In this document: positions 56,649 through 64,000 of the stretch, piece after piece
Layout of the letters: every line of letters starts with the position of its first letter
How positions within the stretch are numbered: the first letter of the stretch is position 1
Source: Acidobacteriota bacterium
GTDB lineage: Bacteria; Acidobacteriota; Thermoanaerobaculia; Multivoradales; JAGPDF01
NCBI GenBank assembly: GCA_011525905.1
Contig: WYBK01000242.1
Span: 21,153 to 85,152, forward strand
DNA: 64,000 nt
Direction of reading: 5' to 3'
Program-made: the position numbers and the translations under genes
Notes under the pieces: model-generated
Seen by the model: only the letters and a program-made list of their open reading frames with translations
Database searches by the model: none
Told to the model about the DNA's origin: nothing

Positions 56649-59122
56649 GAAGCCTCCTTGCGCGTCACGAGGTTGACCAGTCGGCCCGGCACGAGCACCG
56701 CCTTCGCGATCTCGCGGCCTCCGACGTGCTCGCGAACCTTGTCGCTGTCGAGCGCCGCGGCGCGAACTTCGCGCTCACCCCAGTCGGCATCGACCTCGAT
56801 CCGGTCCCGGAGCTTGCCGTCGACCTGGACGACGATTTGGAGCCGGTCGCGCTTGAGCTTGCTCTCGTCGGCCACCGGCCAGTCGCTGTCGAGCAACGTC
56901 TCGACGTGGCCGCGCCGCTCCCACAGCTCTTCGGTGACGTGCGGGGCGATCGGGTGCAGCAGCTGGAGCAGGGTGTCCATGGTCGCCTCGCAACAGAGCC
57001 GCGAGGCGGTCTTGCCCTCGACTGCCTTGGTCAGGGCGTTGAGCAGCTCCATGAGCGCGGCGACCGCGGTATTGAACTTGAATCGCTCGAAGTCGCGCGC
57101 GACACGCGCGATCGCGTGATGGCGGGCGCGCTCGAGCTCGGCGTCGGAGGGCGCCGTGGGCGGCGCCTCGCCGACTCGCTCGGCTACCCGCCAGAGGCGC
57201 TGCAGGAAGCGGTAGGCGCCGGTCACCGCCTCGTCGTTCCACTCCACCTCGTCCTCGGGCGGTCCGAGGAAAAGCGTGTAGACGCGCTCGGTATCGGCCC
57301 CCATCTCGTCGATCAGCGTGTCCGGCGAGACGGTGTTGCCTTTCGATTTCGACATCTTCTCGATGCGCCCGGTGCGCTCCGAGTAACGCGTGATCATCCC
57401 CTGGTTGAACAGGTTGCGGAAGGGCTCCTCGAAGGGCACGAGACCGAAGTCGTGGACCACGCGGCAGACGAAACGGGCGTAGAGCAGGTGCAGAATGGCG
57501 TGCTCGATGCCGCCGATGTACTGGTCGACCGGCGCCCACCGGCTGGTCGTCTCGGGATCGAAGATCTGCGCCGAATCGCGCGGCGAAAGGTATCGCAAGT
57601 AGTACCAGGAGCTGTCGACGAAGGTGTCCATCGTGTCGGTCTCGCGCCGCGCCGGAGCGCCGCAAGCGGGACAGCTGGTCGACACGAAGCTCTCGCAGCG
57701 CGCCAGCGGGTTGCCTTCGCGCCCCGAGAACTCGACTTCGTAGGGCAGCTCCACCGGCAATCGATCGTCGGGGACCGGCACGATGCCGCAGCCCTCGCAG
57801 TAGACGACCGGGATCGGCGTGCCCCAGTAGCGCTGGCGTGAGATGAGCCAGTCGCGCAGCCGGTAGGTCACCCGGGGGCGCCCCTTGCCGGCGGCGGCCA
57901 GCCACTCGACGAAACGGTGGATCGTCTCCGGGCCGTCGGTCGCGCCGTCGAACTCGCCGCAGCCGCGGATCTCCCCCTCGTGCAGGATCGGTTCGCTCAA
58001 GTCTTCGGCGCGCACCGCCCGCTCCGTCGGGTGGTAGACGAGCCGCACGGGCAACCCCTCCTGACGGGCGAACGCCAAGTCACGGGCGTCGTGCGCGGGC
58101 ACGGCCATGATCGCCCCCGAGCCGTAGTCGGGCAGCACGTAGTCCGCGATCCAGACCGGGATCGCTTCGCCGGTGGCCGGATTGATGGCGCGGGCGCCGA
58201 GGTCCCGTCCGCTCTTGGCCGAGCCCTCGCCCTCGCGCTCGATCCGCGGCGTCTTGCGCACGCGCTCGATCCAGGCCTCGATCTCCGGTCGGTCGGGATG
58301 CTCGCCGACCAGCTCGGCGACCCGCGGATGCTCGGGTGCGAGCACCAGGAAGGTCGCGCCGTGCAAGGTGTCCGGACGGGTGGTGAAGACCGTGATCGGC
58401 GGCGCTCCCGATACGAGCGGGAAGTCGATTTCGGCTCCTTCCGACCGGCCGATCCAGTTACGCTGCATGAGCAGCACCTTCTCCGGCCAGCCCGCGAGGC
58501 TCTCGAGCCCCTCGAGCAGCCTCTCGGCGTAGTCGGTGATGCGCAGGAACCACTGCTCGAGGTCGCGCTGGACGACCTCCGTGCCGCAACGCTCGCAAGC
58601 GCCGTCGATCACCTGCTCGTTGGCCAGGACGGTGCGGCAGCTCGGGCACCAGTTGACCGGCGCCCGCCGCTTGTACGCGAGGCCCCGCTCGAGCATGCGC
58701 AGGAAGAGCCACTGGTTCCAGCGGTAGTAGTCGGGCAGGCAGGAGGTGACCTCTTTCGACCAGTCGTAGAGGATGCCCCACCGGCGGAACTGGCGCTTCA
58801 TGACCTTGATGTTGTCGAGCGTCCAATCGCGTGGATGGACGCCCCGCTGGATCGCCGCGTTCTCCGCTGGTAGGCCGAAGGCGTCCCAGCCCATCGGGTT
58901 GAGCGCCCGACGGCCGCGCATGCGCAGGTAGCGATAGAGCGCGTCGCCCAGGATGTAGTTGCGCCCGTGCCCGACGTGCAACCGGTCGCCCGAAGGGTAG
59001 GGAAACATCATCAGCATGTAGTACTTGTCGCGCGCGCTGCGCAGGTCGACCTCGGCCACCCGCTGCTTCTCCCAGCGCTCCTGCCACTTCTGCTCGATCG
59101 CCCGATGGTCGTACCCGCTCAT
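56645..59122 (-). CDS. leuS: Leucine--tRNA ligase
   Basis: 825 aa with the HIGH motif ([16 protein letters not shown]), the KMSKS motif, and editing (CP1) and anticodon-binding domains. Confidence 0.95.
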   Translation of the reverse strand: MSGYDHRAIEQKWQERWEKQRVAEVDLRSARDKYYMLMMFPYPSGDRLHVGHGRNYILGDALYRYLRMRGRRALNPMGWDAFGLPAENAAIQRGVHPRDWTLDNIKVMKRQFRRWGILYDWSKEVTSCLPDYYRWNQWLFLRMLERGLAYKRRAPVNWCPSCRTVLANEQVIDGACERCGTEVVQRDLEQWFLRITDYAERLLEGLESLAGWPEKVLLMQRNWIGRSEGAEIDFPLVSGAPPITVFTTRPDTLHGATFLVLAPEHPRVAELVGEHPDRPEIEAWIERVRKTPRIEREGEGSAKSGRDLGARAINPATGEAIPVWIADYVLPDYGSGAIMAVPAHDARDLAFARQEGLPVRLVYHPTERAVRAEDLSEPILHEGEIRGCGEFDGATDGPETIHRFVEWLAAAGKGRPRVTYRLRDWLISRQRYWGTPIPVVYCEGCGIVPVPDDRLPVELPYEVEFSGREGNPLARCESFVSTSCPACGAPARRETDTMDTFVDSSWYYLRYLSPRDSAQIFDPETTSRWAPVDQYIGGIEHAILHLLYARFVCRVVHDFGLVPFEEPFRNLFNQGMITRYSERTGRIEKMSKSKGNTVSPDTLIDEMGADTERVYTLFLGPPEDEVEWNDEAVTGAYRFLQRLWRVAERVGEAPPTAPSDAELERARHHAIARVARDFERFKFNTAVAALMELLNALTKAVEGKTASRLCCEATMDTLLQLLHPIAPHVTEELWERRGHVETLLDSDWPVADESKLKRDRLQIVVQVDGKLRDRIEVDADWGEREVRAAALDSDKVREHVGGREIAKAVLVPGRLVNLVTRKEAS

Positions 59123-60144
59123 CGCTTCCTTCCACCCTCTCTCGCGACCTGCGGCGGTCGCGGGATGCTCACCTCGGCCAGCACGCGATCGCGGATCGTG
59201 ATGCTCTTCCAGGCCGCGAGCCGCCCGTCCTCGCGCACCCGCAGCTCGTAGCGACCCGGTTCCAGACCCAGGAAGGTGCCGCGGCCGCCGGGCAGCGCGA
59301 GCAGGCGCCGCAGGCCGCCGGCGCCCAGCAGCTCGGCCTCGGCGTCCTCACCGGAGTCCAGCGCGAGCGCGAGCGCCGCGGCATTGCGCCGCTCGCGATT
59401 GGCCCGCAGGCGCAGGGCGACGGCGGGTGTGCCGGGCGCCACGTCGACCGCGATCGTTCGATCCTGCCGCTCGATGACCAGGCCGTGGCCCGGACCGGCG
59501 GGCGCGAGGCGGTCGCTCGCTAGTCGGAGATAGGACGCGCCGACGAAACCGTGGCTGGCCAGTGGATCACTGAAGGCCCAACCCCGGTCCGGATAGTGGA
59601 TCTCGACCCAGCGGTGATACCCGGAGCCCCCCTCTCCCGGCCGGCCTTCCGCGACGTAGCCCGCGACCTCGCGCGCCTCGATGCCCACGGCGCCGAGCAG
59701 GGCGACAGTGAGCCGAGCGAAGCCGGTGCAATAGGCCGAGCGCCTTGCGAGCACCGCTTCGGCGTCCTGGGCGGCTGCGCGGTCGAGCTGGTAGCGGACG
59801 TTGCCGGAGACCCAGGCGAGCAGCCGGGTCGCCGCTTCGTGCCTCGTCCGGCTGCCGCGCGTCAACGCCACCGCCAAGCGCTCGAGCGCGGTCGGCGGCA
59901 GCTCCGAGACCGTCGGCTGCTCGAACGGCGACGAGCTGCCGATCGGGTCGAGCTCGACCTCGATGGTCGCCACTCCGTCGGCGAGGCGCAGCCGGTAACC
60001 GAGGTTCTCGTAGGGCGCCACCTCGACTCCGGGAGGAACGAGGATGCGCGCGCGATCCGCCCCGGCGACGACGACCGCGTCCTGCGCCACCCCCGCGTCG
60101 GTCCACGCGAGCGCGAGCAGCGCGGCGGCGGCGAGCCGCCTCAC
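59119..60144 (-). CDS. Secreted transglutaminase-like cysteine protease domain protein
   Basis: A signal peptide ([19 protein letters not shown]) and a transglutaminase core (AYCTGFARL ... [13 protein letters not shown] ... D). The GTG start at 60144 overlaps the nusB stop, and the 3' end overlaps the leuS start. Confidence 0.65.
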   Translation of the reverse strand: MRRLAAAALLALAWTDAGVAQDAVVVAGADRARILVPPGVEVAPYENLGYRLRLADGVATIEVELDPIGSSSPFEQPTVSELPPTALERLAVALTRGSRTRHEAATRLLAWVSGNVRYQLDRAAAQDAEAVLARRSAYCTGFARLTVALLGAVGIEAREVAGYVAEGRPGEGGSGYHRWVEIHYPDRGWAFSDPLASHGFVGASYLRLASDRLAPAGPGHGLVIERQDRTIAVDVAPGTPAVALRLRANRERRNAAALALALDSGEDAEAELLGAGGLRRLLALPGGRGTFLGLEPGRYELRVREDGRLAAWKSITIRDRVLAEVSIPRPPQVAREGGRKR

Positions 60145-60626
60145 TTCAGGCTCCCCGGGAACGAGTGGCTCTTGATCAGGCCGTCGAGCAGGCCGTTGAC
60201 GAAGCGCGGGGAGTGCTCCGAGCCGAACCGCTTGGCGAGCTCCACCGCTTCGTCGAGGATGACCAGCTTCGGAACGTCGGCCTCGTGCACGATCTCGAAG
60301 ACGGCCAGTCGCAGGATGTTGCGGTCGACGGCCGGCATCCGCTCCAGCCGCCAGTGGTCGGCCTGGGCGCTGAGCAACCCGTCGATCTCTGCCAGGTGCT
60401 CCAAGGTGCCTTCGACCAGCGTGCGGGCGTAGGCGAAGGCCTCGCGAGCTTCGGCGAGGTGCGCGCGCGCAGCCGATGGGGTGGCCTCCGTCGCAGCCTC
60501 CGCCCGCTCGGCCAGGAAGTCGCCGACGTCGAAGCTGGCGAGCACCGACGCGATCGGGCTCTCTCCCAGGTCGTGCTGGTAGAGCATCTGCACCGCCATC
60601 TCCCTGGCCAATCGCCGCTTGCCCAC
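60141..60626 (-). CDS. nusB: Transcription antitermination factor NusB
   Basis: KRRLAREMAVQMLYQ and RLAVFEI motifs. ribH-nusB synteny. Confidence 0.85.
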   Translation of the reverse strand: MGKRRLAREMAVQMLYQHDLGESPIASVLASFDVGDFLAERAEAATEATPSAARAHLAEAREAFAYARTLVEGTLEHLAEIDGLLSAQADHWRLERMPAVDRNILRLAVFEIVHEADVPKLVILDEAVELAKRFGSEHSPRFVNGLLDGLIKSHSFPGSLK

Positions 60627-60694
60627 CGCTGCGCTCCCTGTCCGTCCTTTCCGGCGAGGGAGACCCTCCCGGTCCGGCCGCTCCGCCGGCGCGC

Positions 60695-61171
60695 TCAGCC
60701 CGCGCCCCGCGCGTAGAGCTCGGCCATCTCGAGGGCGGCGCTCGCGGCCTCCTCCCCTTTGTTCCCGGCCGCACCACCCGCGCGGTCGAGCGCCTGCGCC
60801 AGGGTATCGCAGGTCAGCACGCCGAAGGCGATCGGGCGGCGGTGGGTGCGCGCCGCCTCGGCCACTCCACGGCTGCACTCGGCCGCGACGAAATCGAAGT
60901 GCGGGGTCTCTCCGCGAATCACCGCGCCGAGCGCGATCAGCGCTTCGTAGCGGCCGCTGCGCGCCAGCAGGTCGAGCGCCTGCGGAATCTCCCAGGCGCC
61001 GGGAACCCGGACGACGTCGATATCGTTGCGCGCGACGCCGTGGGCGGCGAGCTGCGCGAGGGCGCCCTCGAGGAGGCGGTCGACGACCTCCGCGTTGAAG
61101 CGCGCCGCGACGACGGCGAAGCGTCGCCCGGTGCCGTCGACGAAGAGCTTCTCGGGGTGCAGGTGGCTCAT
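60695..61171 (-). CDS. ribH: 6,7-dimethyl-8-ribityllumazine synthase
   Basis: FAVVAARFN, VPGAWEIP and HFDFVA motifs. 158 aa. Confidence 0.9.
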   Translation of the reverse strand: MSHLHPEKLFVDGTGRRFAVVAARFNAEVVDRLLEGALAQLAAHGVARNDIDVVRVPGAWEIPQALDLLARSGRYEALIALGAVIRGETPHFDFVAAECSRGVAEAARTHRRPIAFGVLTCDTLAQALDRAGGAAGNKGEEAASAALEMAELYARGAG

Positions 61172-61346
61172 CTGCAAGGCCTTAGGGACGGGCGAGTATA
61201 GGGAGCCGCGCAAACGGGCGTCAAGGACGACGAGGCATGCGATGCCCGGACGGTTACCGCGCGAGCAAGAGCCACGGCGAGTGGCGAACTCGGTCTTCGT
61301 GACCAGGTCGACCGCCACGCCGGCCCGGGCCGTGGCGGTCTCGGGC

Positions 61347-62060
61347 TCACAAATTGCCGCCCGGAGGTTGCATGCGGATCTCGACCACGTCGACCCCGTC
61401 ACCGGTCTCGAGCGCCCAGATGAGCGCGCGGGCGACCTCGGCGGCGGGGATCATCGCCTGCCGGTTCCACTGTCCTGGAACCCCGTCCCAGAGCGGGCTC
61501 TCGGTGGCGCCCGGTGTCAGCGCGCAGAGGCGCACGCCCGTTCCTTGGAGCTCCTCGCGCAGGGTCTCGACCCATCCGAGCAGGCCCCACTTGCTCGCGC
61601 AGTAGGCCGACCAGCCGGGGAAGACGCGTCGCGAAGCGACCGAATGGATCGGGACGATCCATCCCCGCCCGCGCCGCACCATGTCCGGCAGGTGCGCCGC
61701 GACCAGGTTGGCGACGCCGAGCAGGTTGGTCTCCAGCGAGTCGCGCAGACCCTCGGCGCCCAGGTCGAGGAGGGGCGCGACGCGCGCGATGCCCGCAGCC
61801 GGCACCACCACGGTCACCGCCCCCAGCTCGCGCTCGATTCGCGCCGCCGCGGCGCGCAGCGCCTCGCCGTCGCGCACGTCGGCGGCGATCGCCAGGCCGC
61901 GCGCGCCCGATCGCGCGAGCGTGGCGGCGAGGGTCTCCAGCCGCCTGCCGACCAGCGCGAGCGCGTGACCGCGGGCGGCCAGGGCCTCGGCGGCCGCCGC
62001 GCCGATGCCGCTGCCCGCGCCGCTGACCACCGCGACGCCAAGCCCTGCCGGTTCGCTCAC
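61347..62060 (-). CDS. SDR-family oxidoreductase
   Basis: SGAGSGIGAAAA Rossmann motif and the YCASKWGL catalytic dyad. Confidence 0.8.
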   Translation of the reverse strand: MSEPAGLGVAVVSGAGSGIGAAAAEALAARGHALALVGRRLETLAATLARSGARGLAIAADVRDGEALRAAAARIERELGAVTVVVPAAGIARVAPLLDLGAEGLRDSLETNLLGVANLVAAHLPDMVRRGRGWIVPIHSVASRRVFPGWSAYCASKWGLLGWVETLREELQGTGVRLCALTPGATESPLWDGVPGQWNRQAMIPAAEVARALIWALETGDGVDVVEIRMQPPGGNL

Positions 62061-62083
62061 AGCGCCGCTCTCAGGATGGAAGA

Positions 62084-62160
62084 TGGTCGGGACGCCGGGA
62101 TTTGAACCCGGGACCCCCTGAACCCCATTCAGGTACGCTACCAGGCTGCGCCACGTCCCG
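62084..62160 (-). tRNA. tRNA-Pro (anticodon GGG)
   Basis: The reverse complement reads CGGGACG..CCTGA-AUGGGGU-UCAGG..GGTTCAAATCC..CGTCCCGACCA. The acceptor stem closes, there is U33-GGG-G37, and CCA is encoded. Coordinates are about +/-1. Confidence 0.8.
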
Positions 62161-62172
62161 ACCGGTTGGTGC

Positions 62173-62613
62173 TTACCGCCGTTTCGATTCGAGGAGGGCG
62201 AGGAGGGCGCGGGCCTCTTCGAGCGCCTTCGCCACTCCCCTCTCGAGAGTTTCTATCCGCTCGCGCGCCGCGGTGTCAAGCTCGCTCGGGGCCTCGGCGC
62301 GGCCCTCGGCGGAAGCCGCGGAAACCGGTTCCTCGCCTGCATCCTCCGGCTCATCGAAGAGCGACGACTCACCCGGACGCGGCTCGCCTTCGAGCTTCTT
62401 CTTCGCGCCCGCGATCGTGTAGCCCTCTTCGTAGAGGAGGCGCTTGATGCGGCGTAGCAGCTCGACTTCCGTCGCGGCGTAGCCGCGGGCGCTGCCCCGC
62501 CCGTCGCCGCCCTGGAGCGCCGGAAACTCGGTCTCCCAATAGCGCAGCACGTAGGGCTGGAGGTCGAGCAGCTTGCAGACCTCGGCGAGCTTGTAGGTGC
62601 GTGCGGCGGCCAT
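62173..62613 (-). CDS. MerR-family (HTH) transcriptional regulator, short
   Basis: N-terminal YKLAEVCKLLDLQPYVLRYWETEF (MerR HTH) with an acidic, coiled C-terminus. 146 aa. Confidence 0.55.
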   Translation of the reverse strand: MAAARTYKLAEVCKLLDLQPYVLRYWETEFPALQGGDGRGSARGYAATEVELLRRIKRLLYEEGYTIAGAKKKLEGEPRPGESSLFDEPEDAGEEPVSAASAEGRAEAPSELDTAARERIETLERGVAKALEEARALLALLESKRR

Positions 62614-62645
62614 CGAGCTGCGGCGATCCTAAGCCGCGGGCGCGC

Positions 62646-63968
62646 TCAAGTCGAGCGGCGGCGCACCACCAGGCGCACCGGCACGCCCGCCAGGCCGAGA
62701 GCCTCGCGCAGGCGATTCTCGAGGTAGCGGCGGTATGAGTGCTCCCGCGGCAGGGCGCGGTTGGCGAAGAGCATGAAGGTCGGCGGAGTCTTAGAAACCT
62801 GCGCCGCATAGAGCAGCTTCCAGAGGCGACCGGCGAGGACCGGCGGCGCGTGGCGGGCGATTGCCGCCTCGAGCAGGCGATTGAGCTCGCCGGTGGGGAT
62901 CTCCACCGTGAGCGCCCGCCGGGCGGCCTCGATCCGCTCGAAGAGCTTCTCCACCCCTCTGCCGGTCGACGCGGACAGGTTGACGCGGGGCGGGTCGGCG
63001 AGGGTCTCCGCGAGGCGCGGCCAGGAGCCCTCCAGCCGCAGCCGCCCCTCCTCGTCGAGCAGGTCCCACTTGTTGACCGCGATCACCGCCGCTTTGCCGG
63101 CGTCGCGGATCGCCGCGGCCACGGCGAGGTCGCCGCTGGTGACGCCCGCCGGCGCCTCGACGACCAGGAGGGCGAGGTCGCAGCGCTCGATCTGCCGCTT
63201 GGCGAGCAGCACGGCCAGGTCTTCGGGCGTCCCGGAGACCTTCGCCCGCCGCCGGATGCCCGCGGTGTCGATCAGCCGGTAGCGCCTGCCGTCCCGTTCG
63301 AGCGCGGTGTCGACGGGATCCCGAGTGGTTCCCGGCTGCGCCGACACCAGGGCCCGCTCGGCGCCCACCAGACGATTGAGCAGCGAGGACTTGCCGACGT
63401 TGGGGCGGCCGACGATCGCGACTGCGAGGGCGTCGTCGGCCGGGCGGGCGTCGGCGCTCTCCTCCCCCTCGGCCGCCGGCAGCTCCGCGAGCAGTCGATC
63501 GTGGAGCTCGGAGAGCCCGAGGCCGTGCTCGGCCGAGACGGTCACCGGGTCACCGAGGCCGAGTGCGTAGAACTCTGCGAAGCCCTCGCGCGCGAGGCGA
63601 GTGTCGATCTTGTTGACCACCAGCAGCACCGGTCGCCGGGTGGCGATCAGCGCGTCGCGCACCCGCTCGTCCGCCGTGGTCAGCCCTTGATGGCCGTCGA
63701 CCACCAGCAGCAGCAGGTCGCTCTCGGCGGCGGCCAACAGCACCTGTTCGTTGATCCCGAGCGGGTCCTGTCCGGGAACCAGGCCGCCCGTGTCGATCCA
63801 GTCGACCGGCCGCCCCGGCCGCAGCTCCGAGTGACCGACGATCCGGTCGCGGGTCACCCCGGGCTGATCGTGGACGATCGCCTGGCGCCGCCCGATCAGG
63901 CGGTTGAACAGGGTCGACTTGCCGACGTTCGGCCGCCCGACGATCGCGACCGCCGGCGTGCGTGGCAT
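62646..63968 (-). CDS. der: Ribosome-associated GTPase Der (EngA)
   Basis: Two tandem GTPase domains (GRPNVGKSTLFNRL twice), DTGG/DTAG, NKxD, and a KH-like C-terminus. Confidence 0.9.
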   Translation of the reverse strand: MPRTPAVAIVGRPNVGKSTLFNRLIGRRQAIVHDQPGVTRDRIVGHSELRPGRPVDWIDTGGLVPGQDPLGINEQVLLAAAESDLLLLVVDGHQGLTTADERVRDALIATRRPVLLVVNKIDTRLAREGFAEFYALGLGDPVTVSAEHGLGLSELHDRLLAELPAAEGEESADARPADDALAVAIVGRPNVGKSSLLNRLVGAERALVSAQPGTTRDPVDTALERDGRRYRLIDTAGIRRRAKVSGTPEDLAVLLAKRQIERCDLALLVVEAPAGVTSGDLAVAAAIRDAGKAAVIAVNKWDLLDEEGRLRLEGSWPRLAETLADPPRVNLSASTGRGVEKLFERIEAARRALTVEIPTGELNRLLEAAIARHAPPVLAGRLWKLLYAAQVSKTPPTFMLFANRALPREHSYRRYLENRLREALGLAGVPVRLVVRRRST

Positions 63969-63970
63969 CG

Positions 63971-64000
63971 TCAGGGTTCGCTCGTCTGCTTGAGGATGCG
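63971..64000 (-). CDS. 3' end of an unidentified upstream CDS (runs out of window)
   Basis: A TGA stop (rc at 63971-63973) sits 3 nt before the der start. Only 9 codons are visible. Confidence 0.2.
   Translation of the reverse strand, partial: RILKQTSEP

Noticed and set aside
1-64000. CRISPR arrays, transposases, integrases, phage genes, toxin-antitoxin pairs and known defence-system genes
   Set aside because: I saw no direct-repeat/spacer periodicity and no ORF with recognisable transposase/integrase/RT/nuclease-defence motifs. The two tRNA genes (Leu, Pro) have no adjacent integrase or attachment-site duplication that I could see.

Overview
This 64 kb window is a very GC-rich (roughly 70%), densely packed chromosomal segment from a Gram-negative (diderm) bacterium. 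Almost all coding is on the + strand in long, translationally coupled strings with ATGA/GTGA start-stop overlaps. The gene content points to Myxococcota/Acidobacteriota-type lineages, but that is inference only.

Gene order, left to right:
- queG (3' part) | rpsA-ihfB | two small membrane proteins
- lpxB-msbA-DUF374 acyltransferase-yicC-gmk-rpoZ-coaBC-UDG(family 4)-pepA
- two Dpp/Opp-type ABC ATPases-TolC-like OMP-Yip1 membrane protein-MacB/LolD/DevA-type ABC ATPase
- tRNA-Leu(CAA, - strand) | carD | TPR protein
- priA-accA-recJ
- long LptC/LptA-like protein-lptB-rpoN-hpf-ptsN-hprK-rapZ-EIIA(Man)-ptsH-ptsI-cupin-lipoprotein-miaB
- DUF151 nuclease | parB-parA (-) | queD-like + SDR (-)
- single-ORF lptF-lptG fusion
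- polX (-), metK (-), YjjX-like ITPase (-) | trmH-family methyltransferase, sulfatase-like lipoprotein
- etfA, etfB (-) | tolQ-tolR-tolA-tolB-pal-cpoB | rpsT
- lptE-leuS (-), transglutaminase-like-nusB-ribH (-), SDR (-), tRNA-Pro(GGG, -), MerR-like (-), der (-)

I could not recognise any transposase, integrase, CRISPR array, toxin-antitoxin pair or known defence system. The many long antisense ORFs are the usual GC-rich frame artefacts.

The feature I consider most likely to be a genuinely unusual system is the permease-less ABC/TolC/Yip1 block at 12.5-17.7 kb. After that come the fused LptFG permease and the 657-aa LptC/LptA-like protein.

All coordinates for hand-derived starts may be off by a few nt. 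No database search could be run.
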